A DNA stretch of 64,000 nucleotides from Oopsacas minuta (taxonomy: Eukaryota; Animalia; Porifera). A program made the position numbers and the translations under genes. Under the pieces are notes generated by a model, which was given only the letters and a program-made list of their open reading frames with translations, was not told where the DNA came from and searched no databases. Location: positions 853,690-917,689 of the forward strand of contig JAKMXF010000354.1 of the NCBI GenBank assembly GCA_024704765.1, in the 5' to 3' direction. Below are positions 1-13,200 of the stretch, piece by piece (position 1 is the stretch's first letter; every line of letters begins with the position of its first letter).

Positions 1-164
1 TTTATAGGATTTCTATTACTGGGATAGCAATTGTGAATTACAATTTGTTAACGATAATACAGTGTATGCCGGTTATAAGAACCCTTTTTTGGGAGTAGCA
101 ATACAGTCCGGATTACTTGCATAAATATGCAGGAATTTATGAGAACCGTCTTACAATCTTTTAG

Positions 165-3100
165 CCAGGGACACCTCCTCCAGTAAGTAAATCTACAGAT
201 GAGAGCCTGCATTGCAATCAATTACAAATACATCCTCGTGCTGATTTGAACCTCTCTCATAGCTTTGACTCTCTGGATAGTGAAGAGCATCATTCTGTAG
301 ACACACTTGGCCGCAAATCTGATTCTACCAGTAATATCCCTAAGAAAATATCTAGTGGCTCTAATGAGTGAGTTCATTTATTTCAGTCATTACACCATCG
401 CATTCTTATTTCTTAGTTCATATATTGTCGGTGGAATATATTTCTGTGTAGAGGTATTTGGGTGTAACGACCTATTGAATTCTAACCAATAATTACTGAC
501 TAATTTCCTAAATATGATTATCTCATAAATAACCTCGGTGTACGTGGTGGTGACGGGTTATCCCTCCAAAAGTACTGAGAAATTTTGCTGTTTAATACTT
601 ATGCTAAAACAAGGCACATAAAGCTTAAGGATGCGTCCGCCCGTTGCGCAGTGACCTAGCAAGAAGCGCGCTAGTACTAAATATATCTGAATAACTGTAG
701 TATAATTGGAAATGGAAAAATTGATCTCTTAATTGTAAGCTGATTTTATTATTAATTCTGTTTGAATTCTTTAATATTCAAACAGTTTAATAATTCCCCC
801 TCATTCACTCAAACATCATAATCCTTTGTATGGCAGTGATATGCATTGGAGTCATGAATCTGCTTAACTCATAGAGTACAGATAATACCCCCAACTTATT
901 GACAATAGTTATGCAATTAAGTTATAGAATGAGGTAATTGTTGATCAGTTGAAGGACTTTTTCCTGCTTGAAAATGCTATTTTCATAATGATCTTTATGT
1001 TATGCAAACATCATGCTGTTTATCACCTTTTATGACTCTTCAATGGGAAATCTTATAAATAGTACACAGACTTGAATAAATATTTAATATTTTTTATCGT
1101 CACTAATCTTATATACAATGTTATCATGTGTTTCATTCAGAATGTCCAGGAGGAGGTAACAATACATTCAAATTTATTCTATAATTATTTTATTTTTACT
1201 TAACCTTTTTACTTAACCTTTTTCCAAAGGGTGAAGTCAGGAAAAATGAAAAGAGCCTTGCTCAAAGCCTTGGGGGTTGGGAAGAAAGAGAGAAATTCAG
1301 AATTAGACATATCCACTAGTCTTTCAAGCAGTATCAGCAGTCCAGCTTTATCAAATGAGATTCCTAATCTTAGCTCAACACAGTCTGTACCAGCTAGAGT
1401 ATCCCGCGCTCTTAACATGAAAAGCTCAGTGGATGATTCGTGTGTATTTGAGAATGTTAGCGACACAGAGGCTGATCCGGACCCAGGATTGCTTCCTAAG
1501 AGCAGCTATGATCCCTCTCTTCAGGTCTCCACTGAGCTCACATCTTCTCCTGTCAGACATAGGTCTCCCAAATCTCCGAAAAAGAGATCCTTCAACAGCA
1601 ATTTCCCCGTTCCACCCCATTTCCAAAACACAGACTTTCAGTATGTATTTGAGAATGAAGATTCAGACACAGACTCTCTCTCTGACGTAGAAGCTTTCGA
1701 TGATTTTGATGAAATCTTAAACGATTCTGATAACGAAATGACAGAGGAGGATGTGGATAAGGCAAAGATGCGGACAATAGCCCGAGCAGCCTCTGGGATA
1801 ACATACAGTAAGTGCTATTACGTTGCTAAGGAGATCCTCTCCACTGAGGAGACTTATGTCAGGAAGCTAAGGTTGTTGCATATCGATTTCTCTGAGGCTC
1901 TTGAAGAGGCCAGCAAGAGAAATGGGAAGGTAAGTCATATCCCATTAATAGAATGACATAGCTTATACACACTGCATCATCTCTCTATATTATTCTAGCC
2001 AATCTTAACAGAAGATGTCCTTAAAAAGATATTCTCAAATCTTCCTGTGCTCTACCAGATTAATTCAACCTTCAGAGACGAGTTGAAGGAGCGATTGGAA
2101 ATCTGGAGTAAGTCCTCTAATAACCAGAATATTGGAGATATTATGAAGAGACACGCACACTTTTTTAAGGCTTATTCTCCATTCATTGCTAACTTTGATA
2201 GTTCACTTAAAATCCTAGAAGAGTTGACAAAGAAGAATAGTAGTTTCGGTCAATTCTTGTCTCTCTTCCAGTCTCTTCCGAAATGCAGTAGTCTGCCAGT
2301 ATCAGCTCATTTGCTAGGCATTGTACAGCGAATACCGAGATACAAATTGCTGTTAGAGCAGTATATCAAACATTTGCCTGAGGATTCGACAGACGGAGAA
2401 GATTCTGAGAAAGCTCTCGCACTCATAACAGAGGTAATCTACAGTACATCATGATGACTTTAATATTACAGTAGTTTATGTGCTATTCTAAATAGGTTGC
2501 TGTTCATGTAAATGAGAATTTACGACAGATGGATAATTTCAAAAAGATGGTAGATGTTTTGAATAAGATTGATGGAGATGTGGCTAACTTGTTTGTAGAA
2601 CCTCGTCAGTTCGTCAAAGGAGGTGAGCTGAAGAAAGTATGTAGGAAGGGTCAACAAATGCGAGCATTCTTCCTCTTCACAGATGTCTTGCTTCATACCA
2701 GTCTACCTGGCCCAGGGTCATGTGAGTATAAATACAGTAATTCTATTATTCATAGATTCAATAAACAAATCGTTTGCAGATAATTATAATACATTACGTA
2801 GTTACTTATCCTATAAATCATTGCTGTATGTAATTCCTGCACGGGTAGTTCCTTTCGTTTCCTCTTCTCGGCTTCCAGACGTTTGTATTTAGGCCAAAAT
2901 AGGAATAAATAAGCGATCAATGTAACTACAAATAAGACGTAATTAAAATAGAATAGATAAATATAATCCAAACCCTGTGAATTTGTAGAATCACTTGTAG
3001 TAGAGTTAGTTACGTCATACTGACTAATGTCACGATATTTTGAGTCAGGAGTATGTGCATAGGACCCCATTACAAGTTCCCTCAGCTACTGGGTAGGTGA

Positions 3101-4970
3101 TTTCTATAGCGAGCTCACTGAACACTGGTATTAGGGTTAATGCAAAGAACCCGAATAATATGAAAGAAACTGCTATTATAACATGTTGGTTGGGAATTCT
3201 AAAACTTCCATTACAAGAATAGAAGATAGAGTTGTTATACACATGCATAGCTTAGAAATTTCTTCAAATCGTTTTGTTCTATCAACTATGAATCCTATAA
3301 TGAGAGAACCAATCAATCCTGCGAATATCATAGCGGCTGCCTGCGTCCTATACACGGGTACAGCTGATACTAAATGCTGCTCTCATGACTCTCCCCGTTT
3401 AAACTGTCCATTCCCCCCCGCCATACTGATTTCATTATTTTATACATACAAGTACGAGAAATTTGATATTTAAGATTATAAGATATCACTCTCTATATCC
3501 CTTACATCATGTTTACTACCTGATGTATTATTCTAGCTAATTACAGCCTACACACACGTATACCTCTTGCTGGAATGAAGGTTGCTGAACATGAACAAGC
3601 TGACGATCTGAGTGAAAACGATCCTCTCAAACATTCATTCAAGATAATCAGTGCTATCCGATCATTCGTAGTAGTACCGTCTAGTCAAGAGGAGAAGGAA
3701 GAATGGTTGTCCGTCCTCAATAAGACTCTATCTGAGTTACAGGATAAAATGATATCGCATGCAAAGACTAACAACAGGACAAGTATATTCGTAGAACCAT
3801 CCTTGCTTGATAATAGTGATGCAGCATTAGGTAAGTACAATCATTACAATACACATACCAATGTTATATTAATGTATCTAGGGTCTCTTGCTCCTGTGTG
3901 GATACAGGATGACAGTGTAAGCATGTGTATGATGTGTTACAACAAATTTACATTCGCGAGGAGACGACATCATTGCCGTGTGTGCGGAAAAGTCCTGTGC
4001 GGTCCTTGTTCTTCCTTTAAAGCAGGTATAAAGTATCTTGGTAACAAACAGGCCCGCTGCTGTCTTAGCTGTTATGAGAAACTTACCAATGTTGAGGACG
4101 TTACCGAGGAAATAGATCCGGTCGCTAGTGTATCTGAAAATCCAGATACAAGTAGCAAAAAGAAACGGTAAGTACTATTAAGCCTTACAGCTATGCTACA
4201 TGTTACCATTTATATGTTTAGTACTCGTCTCCGCAAGGAACGGAGTTTGGTGCCTTCACATCTGTTACAAGCAACATCCTCAGAGGTAGACTATCAAATG
4301 CGAGGTAACCTGGAGTATAACGAGAGTAGTTCTACCAGGTTTAAAAACTCACGGTGGGTAGTTCTACAAGATTCAGTTTTGTTCATATTCAAGAAGAGAG
4401 AGGATACTGCAGCTATACAGACAGTACCTATTCTGGGATACTCTGTATGTATAATCATATACTTAACTTCCCAGTAATTCATTATTTATGAATTATCTCT
4501 TTTAGATTGATACTATTTCAGATACAGTGTTTGCTCTCAGTCACAGAAATGTACAGAATCGCTTTTTCAAGGCTGATTGCAAAGAGACAGCTGATAAATG
4601 GAAGAAAGAACTTTCTAGAATATTGGATGTTACTTTACCAGATTCTGCGGTTGAAATTGATCCTTATTCTACTATTCAAATTGTAGATACTAAATCTTTC
4701 TCGTTACGTACACGTAGTGCAACTACAGGTCACGTTTCATCTACACTGTGTGAGAGTGAAGCTAGTCGTAGTCAACAAACACAATCAAGTGATTACTCTA
4801 CTAAATCTTTATCAACTGGGGGCGTTACTTGTATCGATACCACCAAATATACAGACCCCCTGAGCCCGACCGATTCTGTTATTGAGGATGACGTGTCGAC
4901 AGAGAAAAATGACAAAGAAGATCTCACTGAGACAATCACAGAGGACAAGGTGATCGAAAATAATGATTAA
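165..4970 (+). CDS. FGD-family FYVE/RhoGEF/PH protein (Cdc42 GEF), 5'-truncated by the window edge
   Basis: Phase-consistent exons approx. 165-367, 1141-1155 (microexon), 1230-1929, 1999-2433, 2496-2736, 3537-3830, 3882-4167, 4222-4444, 4506-4970. DH domain (KEILSTEETYV...QRIPRYKLLL), PH, FYVE (WIQDD...RRRHHCRVCGKVLCGPCS) and a second PH domain, which is the FGD1-6 architecture. The vertebrate paralog cannot be assigned. The exons before 1230 are less certain. Confidence 0.88.
2750..3357 (-). pseudogene. Inverted partial copy of the SLC49A3-type transporter gene inside an FGD intron
   Basis: Reverse complement of 3061-3357 is nearly identical to 6432-6710, and 2863-3060 is a more diverged match to about 6764-6960. 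A 53-nt deletion between two TGGACA repeats (6711 and 6764 in the intact gene) shifts the frame. The 5' part of the gene is absent. Confidence 0.88.
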
Positions 4971-5567
4971 CTTGTAACATCATTTTGTTTTATTAAGTCG
5001 AAGAGGTGACCCATTTTATATATATACAATTATACATATATACATGTGTTTATATGTACTGTACTTTTTGTAGAATTTTATTTTCATTTTTGAACCTGCG
5101 CTCCTCAGTTTGAATTTGTATACTGGTTCTCTATTATGGAATGATGTACATATGATTATTGAATTTAATCGTACATGTATTACGTAATACGTATCGCGAT
5201 TTCATAGACTATTTTTCTGGTAACATAAACGGAGATGTTTTTGTCGAAGAACTGTTTTAAGAGCAACAAACTTGAATTTGGGGTATTTGGCATATGTATG
5301 TAACCATTGCTGACAAGTTTTAGGATACAAATCATACCTGGGGGATCACCAAGAGAAATTGTTCTATGTATTCTATTTAATTTGCTATTAATGATGGAAT
5401 TATATAGAATCAGATTTATTGATAATTTTGTCATAAGCTACTTCGTATACATTAATATTCATTATAATTATCTATTGAGTAGTAATATTGAAAGAATATT
5501 GAATCAACTAATTATCAATTCAGTAGTACTCAACCAATTTACTCATCATTTGATTTATTTTTGCTGC

Positions 5568-7007
5568 ATGGACGACACGAGATGTATAGTGAACAGAGAG
5601 ACAGAAGAGGAACAATTTCCATCAGCTGTAACACCAGTGTATAAAACACATATTTGTAGATGGTTCGTACTTGCAACTTTCTCGGTTCTTGCCTTCAGTA
5701 ATGGGTTGAATTGGCTGACATACTCCTCTATAGTCAAATTCTCAGCTGATTACTATAACGTGTCTATAGCGGAACTGAACTATCTTACAATAATCTTTTT
5801 CGTAGGATCTATAGTGGGATCTCCATTTGCTATGTTTGTGCTAGACTCTCTTAGCTTGAGAGAGGCAGTGTGGATAGGAGCAATACTGAACTTCATAGGT
5901 ACAGTAATCAGAATAGTGTCTGCATATTTACCATCATCTGTCCCATATCTTGGATATGGATTTGCCGTACTAGCTCAATTCATTATTTCACTAGCACAAT
6001 CCTACTTCCTATACGCGCCTCCTAAAGTAGCTTCAGTGTGGTTCTCAGATGGAGAACGTGTCGTAGCAAATACTATTATAAGTTTGGGTAATGTAGTCGG
6101 TATAGCAGTGTCTATGTTACTAGCTCCTAGCATTGTAACCTCGACTGATAGACTCCCAATATTGTTAGGCATTACAGCTGTACCTGCTCTTATTGGTCTC
6201 GTAATGGCCGCATTTAACTTTAGGAAGAGACCCCTCTATCCTCCCTCTCACTCCTCAGAAGACGGAATGAAGCCCTGGCCTGGCCTCAAAAGACTACTCA
6301 GGAATTGGCAGTATTGGTTCCTATGTGTAATATGGGCATTGGCTGCAGGCGTTTTCAATGTATTCCTTGCACTAATGCCACAATTCGTGTGTCCCTTTGG
6401 ATACACAGAATGGTATTCTGGTATTGTAGGGGCCGCTATGATATTCGCAGGATTGATTGGTTCTCTCATTATAGGATTCATAGTTGATAGAACAAAACGA
6501 TTTGAAGAAATTTCTAAGCTATGCATGTGTATAACAACTCTATCTTCTATTCTTGTAATGGAAGTTTTTAGAATTCCCAACCAACATGTTATAATAGCAG
6601 TTTCTTTCATATTATTCGGGTTCTTTGCATTAACCCTAATACCAGTGTTCAGTGAGCTCGCTATAGAAATCACCTACCCAGTAGCTGAGGGAACTTGTAA
6701 TGGGATCCTATGGACAGCTGTACAGTTCGTTGCAGCAGGAGTTACGTTTATTGCTCCATACTTTGGACATACTCCTGATTTAAAATACCGTAACATCAGT
6801 AAGTGTGACGTAACTAACTCTACCACAAGTGATTCTGCAAATTCACAGGGTTTGGATTATATTTATCTATTCTATTTTAACGGAGCTTTATTTGTAGTTA
6901 TATCAGGCTGTTATGCACTCCTATTTTGGCCTAAATATAAACGCATTGAAGCTGAGAAGAAATCCAAGGCTGACAAGTTGAACGCATTTGATGGAAGTGT
7001 CAATTAG
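5568..7007 (+). CDS. SLC49A3: MFS transporter of the SLC49/FLVCR family, most like SLC49A3 (MFSD7); intronless, 479 aa
   Basis: Multiple TM helices. Motifs RWFVL..FS..N...W, AQS...PPKVASVWF...ER..AN, VDRTKRFEE and ELAIEITYPVAEG match the MFSD7 pattern. The start is placed at the ATG at 5568; the ORF extension to 5307 is AT-rich non-coding-like sequence. Confidence 0.82.
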   Translation: MDDTRCIVNRETEEEQFPSAVTPVYKTHICRWFVLATFSVLAFSNGLNWLTYSSIVKFSADYYNVSIAELNYLTIIFFVGSIVGSPFAMFVLDSLSLREAVWIGAILNFIGTVIRIVSAYLPSSVPYLGYGFAVLAQFIISLAQSYFLYAPPKVASVWFSDGERVVANTIISLGNVVGIAVSMLLAPSIVTSTDRLPILLGITAVPALIGLVMAAFNFRKRPLYPPSHSSEDGMKPWPGLKRLLRNWQYWFLCVIWALAAGVFNVFLALMPQFVCPFGYTEWYSGIVGAAMIFAGLIGSLIIGFIVDRTKRFEEISKLCMCITTLSSILVMEVFRIPNQHVIIAVSFILFGFFALTLIPVFSELAIEITYPVAEGTCNGILWTAVQFVAAGVTFIAPYFGHTPDLKYRNISKCDVTNSTTSDSANSQGLDYIYLFYFNGALFVVISGCYALLFWPKYKRIEAEKKSKADKLNAFDGSVN

Positions 7008-7273
7008 CAGTTATTGAACTAATTGCTTAATTTGAGATGTAGATAGGCTGTTGTGTCTGTTGCTGTATAAACTCTTTTCATATATTGCTTTTACTTGTTT
7101 GGTTCAGAAGGTTCATTTACATGCTAACTACTTTAAACTTAGAATTTATTTTTCGTATAGTTCACTGTATACGATAGTCATAAGCAAATACACATAGACA
7201 TGCTCATTTCTACTGGTCACATATTTGTAAGTCACATACACACATTATCCTATTTACAGCGGTAGTAGTTTAA

Positions 7274-10200
7274 ATGACTCACATAACAGGAGGCAGTACA
7301 GCTAAACAGATTGAGGATTGGTTCTCTCTGAAACCAATTGAAAATCATAAGGCAGTGCCTCGCAGTGCTGCTAAACCTGAAAAACCTAAAGAGATAGTTC
7401 CTATCCGTACAACATTCAAACCCCGATACATGAGAAAGTCTTCTGGCCCTGATCAGTCTAATCAGTATTCTCCTCTTCTCCCTAACTCTCCTCCTTCAAT
7501 AAGTCATCCCTTGACCTTCCCGCCCATCAATCGACCCCCTCCGCTCCAGAGTCACCAAGTAGGAACAACCTCTCCTCCCATTTACATGAACTCTACTTCT
7601 CAGTTTGTGAGTACCCAATTAATATACTATAGTATAGAAGCAATATAATATTTGTATCTTATATCTAGGATACCTTTTCTGGTGTTTCTCATCCGTCACA
7701 GGCAAGCTACGGAGCATCTGACCGTCCTCCCTCGCCTGGAGCTCACAGTGACGTCACATACCTCACAGGTCTCACAGGACACACACTAGCTACTCAGATA
7801 TCTGCTATGGATAAGCTGTATGGGTATGGAGACTTCCATGGAGAAGCTCCTGTACAGAATCGAAGTGAAGTTGATATGACCCGTGTGTTTGAGCGCTACT
7901 CATTCGACAAACAACCTCCAATGCATTTACCTATATACAAACACAAAGACCAGATATTAGAGACAATTGAGAAACATGCAGTGTCTATTGTTCAGGGATC
8001 TACTGGCTCAGGGAAAACTACACAAGTAAGTTTTATTAATCTAATACAGACACTCTACTATTCAATAATTCGAAATATTAATCCATTAATTAATTAACTA
8101 CTCTAATTCTGACTGAATTCTTGAATGTGATTTGCAATTAGTTCTGTTGTGTCGTGCACACTGTAAATATAATGTGATGGAACAAGCTGTACATAGAGAT
8201 ACATTAGTGGATGAATGGAATGCAGATTTAGAGATCTTTCAGACATTGTAGGGTGCTTACGTGACTGAACTTCTTATCCGAGTACTTCTGATAAACGAAT
8301 AGGCCAGCTCCCTTCTCGCAGGTAACGCGTTTCACATGAGATACTAAGCTATCCATACAGCCCTGTAGTTCATGTTGACCCATCTCCAATACACGTGCTA
8401 GACATTGTAGTACATGACCAGAGTTAACAATGAGACGACTGGATAGAGATAGGCAGACTGCAGCCCGTATGGACGCTCGCATGTGAGCAGCTTCAGGCTG
8501 CTGTAAGAGAGACAGTTCCACCAAGTATTTAGCTAGTGAATGCTCTAGAGTATCTCTGGATAGGAGAATGGAGAAATAGCGTAAGAAATGTATTGGTTGA
8601 GGATTGGATATGCTACAATCTAGTGAGAAGTATATTTGCTTCTCCATAGCGGCTAGTTGTTGGCGGGTGTATGCATTGTCTGCTAGGTCACATAGTAGCT
8701 TGAGACCAGGAACTGCTATTTCTTCGAACTTACTGGCGATTGAAAGAGCTGCCAACCCAATCAGCTGATAATTGCTCTTAGATAAAGAGGCAGGAGAATT
8801 TGCTGTGTATCTGTCGGTGATATTTAGAGTTAGTTGCAGAGCCTCGTTAGAAATGTTAAGATAGAGCTGTATGCTTATTAGCCAGTCAGTGAGAGTAACA
8901 CGCATCTGTTGAAGGACAGTACGCTGTATAGAAGTACAGGATAGGAAGTTTGGAGGAATTGTGTAGCAGGGAAGAGACTCCAGTTGTAGCCAGGCTTGGA
9001 AGATCTGTTGTGAATATTCTGGATTGTATATGAGGTCTTGCATAGGTAGAGACAGATGGGCTGTTTCTGTATCTGATTTTGCTTGTGTAGATAACTGTGT
9101 CATACTGCTAATGAGTAGATGAGTTGCTTGAGAATTATGGGTATCTAGCTGCTTCTTTTCATCACCAGAAAACACTTCCACCTCTAACTGCTCCTCTTTG
9201 AGATTGTATTCCTGTGAGCTGGTTAAGCTCATACTCATTTCAATATTAGTTACTTGTTCATTTTCTTGATCCATGATTTGTTACGATTCAGTTCTATTTA
9301 CAATCTGACACAACGATTTAAATATTAATCTTTCCTTATAAGCTAATTCTAATTCTAATGCATACCAGAGAGACAGGTTATTATAAATGCATTTGTTTCC
9401 TCATTAACGTTTAAGCTGTTTGTCTATTGACAAATTCATTTTACTATTACGCAATAAGTCTCCGATCTGCCTGTAGGTTATAATTGTTTAGGAATTCTAT
9501 ACAACAGAACTCGGACCCTCGCCTTGTTTGCATTTACCCTTAACCAATCAATTTCAGTCTCAGTTAGGCATTACGAATGAATACGAACTACTACCAACTT
9601 GTACATACAATTTAACCTATATCAGCTACACATACTGTGTAAACCCTCAAATTTGATAGGTTAAGACATTTATTACACTTGTCACGTTTCTCAGTGATAT
9701 GTGAAAGTATAGAACATGTTCCTATCCGTATCATAGCCCGCACACATGCTAAATTTCGACCATGTAACCCGCGTAACTCATACCATTTCCTCAATTAACT
9801 TTGCACAAAAAGTTTTAAAATCCAGTATTGAGTTTTACGAGGTTGTATTTGTTATTTTACGGTTTTCCCCTTCACTAGGTTCCACAGTATATCCTGGAGT
9901 ATCATGCTAGTAGAGGATTGCATTGTAACATAATCTGTACTCAGCCTAGGAAGATAGCTGCTATTAGTATTTCTAAAAGGGTGTGTCACGAAAGGGGCTG
10001 GCAGGTTGGTACCATGGTGGGGTACCAGGTATCTCTTGATAAAGTTGCTAGCGAGGATACTAGACTGTTATTTGTTACCACGGGTATTCTGTTGCAGAAA
10101 CTCATTAACCAGAAAGATATGAACGAGTTTACACATGTTATTTTGGATGAAGTAAGTACATCTTTGAGGGAAATTTATTAATTTTTAATATTTAATGTAT

Positions 10201-13200
10201 AGTCTATTGATTAGGTTCATGAGAGGGATTTACATACAGATTTTGTAATGCTGATCTCTAAGTATCTTCTACAGACAAATTCAGCTCGCACAAAGCTAGT
10301 ACTTATGTCGGCTACGTTCGATGCTAGTCTCTTCTCAAACTATTTTAATGTGTATCAAGAAGGACTACTCACACCAGCTCCAATAGTTAGTGTAGGGGGA
10401 AAGAATTTCCCAGTGATGGAATTCTACTTAGAAGATCTTCGTAATATCATTACTTGTACTCCACAAAGTGTAGATGATCCTAAGCTTGCTCCTGACTGTG
10501 TTGAATTGGCTGCTCGTTTACTAAAACGATTTGACTATCTAGAAGCAAACCAGGATAAGCGATCTGGTACTATAATTAAAGGAACAGTACTTGTATTTCT
10601 ACCCGGTTTGCCTGAGATTATTACAGTTGACAAGGTTATAAGCGATAGTTGTACAAATGTTATTGTTCTACCTCTACACTCCACCATTGGAGTAGAAGAG
10701 CAACAGAAAGTATTCGTTAAGCCACCAGAAGGATATAGAAAGGTAGGTTATTGGAGCAGTTAAAGTTGTGAGAACGAAAACTTTATTCTTATATAAGTTG
10801 CAGCAGCATTTCCAATAGAATTTACTATCAACCCATAAAGTTCTCTTTCGTATTAATTCAGAGTATAAATAGTCTTCGTTTTGTATTATAATTAGGGAAG
10901 TGATTAAAATTTGGTGGTCATCCTAGTTTAGTATTGATCCATGGTATCCTCGGATACTATGTAGAGCTGCTAATTTAGCTTCCTCATGTTTTAGTATATC
11001 GTGTGGTCACTGCTTCCAGCTGAGGTCTCAGCCGGTTGAGCGGTTTCTAACTTTGGGTGTATGGGGCTTGGCAGCCTCAGAATTTTGCTGGGTCCATCTC
11101 AATACCACACACTTCCCAAGGCACTTTGGTTTGCCATTTTTTGCAGCTTTTTGGTATGATTGTAACTCTCACCAACATTTTCTAGGTTATTTTATCCACT
11201 AACATTGCTGAGAGTTCTATCACAGTCCCAGACATCCGTTATGTAATAGACTTCTGTCTGGTGAAAGAGCTCATGAATGACCCCAGCACTAACTACCAGT
11301 GTCTACGCATCGCCTGGGCTAGCAAGGCTAGTATGATGCAGAGAAGAGGACGAGCAGGCCGTGTAGCTGAAGGAAGAGTATACAGGCTAATAAGTAGAGA
11401 ATTCTATCGAGAATGTAGAGAGTACACACAGCCTGAAATAAAGAGATGCCCTTTAGAGGGTGTTGTGCTGCAAACTAAAGTATTGGATATTGGAGCACCT
11501 GTAGAGGTATTGAGTATGTCTCTGGAACAGCCAGAAGCTCTGGACATAGGTCAGTAAAATTAATCTATTTGAAAGTGAGCACTATAGGTTATGTTACGTT
11601 ATATCCTTTATAGAACGTACTGTTTTATTGTTGAAAGAGATAGGGGCCCTGTCCTCAAGCAATATGGATCCGTTTGATGGCGAGCTAACTTTCCTGGGTC
11701 GTGTGTGCGAGAGACTACCCATTGACATTCGTATGGGAAAGCTTCTGTTACTAGGATACGTATTTGGAATTCTAGAAGAATGTCTAGTCATTGCTGCTTC
11801 CCTATCGGTACGTAGTTTCTTCAGCAGACCCTATTCTGTAGAACTGAAGGCTTACAGAAGTAAGGTGAGATGGGCACAGAACTCATTCTCAGATCCTATA
11901 GCTATGCTGTATGCATACCGTGAGTGGTATCGGGAGAAATGCAGTGGTAAATGGGACAATGATAGAAACCAGCGGATAGAGTTAGAATGGTGTAGGAAGA
12001 ATTTTATTCAGTGCAGGAGGATTAATGATGCTCACGAGTTGGTGAAGGAATTATTCTCGCGTCTCTCTAGATTTAATATTCAGTCAAATAGATCTATTCT
12101 ATCAACTAGGTATTCTACTTCTATTTATACTCCCATCACTTTTATTTTATAGATTAATCTCTCTAGGACTAGTACAACCTCTTCACATGACGTACTTATG
12201 ATTAAGCTAGTCATGGCAGGAGCTTTCTATCCACACTATTTCCGCTGGTCAGAGGTGGACGAACAAGAAGCGGAGCGATCCTTGAGCGGACATGATCCCC
12301 ACACCACGGTTATGATATCTGGTCTCCCGTTATCTCGATATAACGACCTACAATACACAGGCGATATAGTAAAGTGCTTTGAAGAATGTGGACGTATCAA
12401 ACAGATACATTACGACTCAAGTAGAGCCTATATAGAATTCCAGAGGTTACGTCTGTACTCAGACGAGTGGGACTCTGCCTTGTCTGTGTCTGGTAACTCT
12501 CTCATAGTACCATCTGTATACACCGCTCTTAAGATGAGACAACTCAAGAATGGGACTATTACTATACTCCTTAACAAACCAGCTGATAAGCATAATACAG
12601 ATGATACACAGAGCAAACAGCTGATCAGAACACCTTCACCAGTAAATATTATTTTAATATATTTCTAAGCTGTTAATATTATTAAACTGTTCTCTTTTTA
12701 GCAGCTATCTCTCACCCCTCCTCCCTATGAACTGAAGCGGAGTGGAGAGATTAACTTGTTAGTGACAGAGGTAGTGACAGCTGGACACTTCTGGGGGCAG
12801 GAAGTCAGTGAAGAGAGCAGATTAATCAGTCTGAAGATATCAGAGCAGATTAGTCGCTTAACTGTTTTCACTCCCTTAATTAACCCCTCTGTAGACAAGT
12901 ACTGTATGGCTGTATTCCCACCAGATGGTCTATACTACAGAGGGAAACTAATGGAGATTGACCGCTCAAATCGAACAGTCACCATCCATTACATGGATTT
13001 TGGAAATATGGAAATACTCACCTTTGACCAAATCTACGAGATTCCATTAGAAATACTATCTCATCCTACTCTAGGTATAGAGTGCTTCTTAGCTAAAATA
13101 AAGCCTTCGTTCAAGGAATCTTCTGATGGTTACTATAGCCATAATGCTAATATGTTCTTCTCAAACCTAGCTTCACAAAAAGTATGTTATACTAGCACAC

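Noticed and set aside
8-124. Short open frame DFYYWDSNCELQF...GLLA* after an acceptor-like tttatag at the window start
   Set aside because: Could be the last exon of a gene lying outside the window, but it is too short and has no recognisable motif.
5307-5567. 87-codon N-terminal extension of the transporter ORF
   Set aside because: AT-rich, Ile/Asn/Tyr-biased sequence typical of non-coding DNA; family similarity begins after the ATG at 5568.
9400-9870. CCAAT word and 60-aa minus-strand ORF upstream of the cyclin, considered as a cell-cycle promoter or an extra cyclin exon
   Set aside because: A single short motif is expected by chance; the ORF has no D-box context and I found no convincing splice connection to the cyclin.
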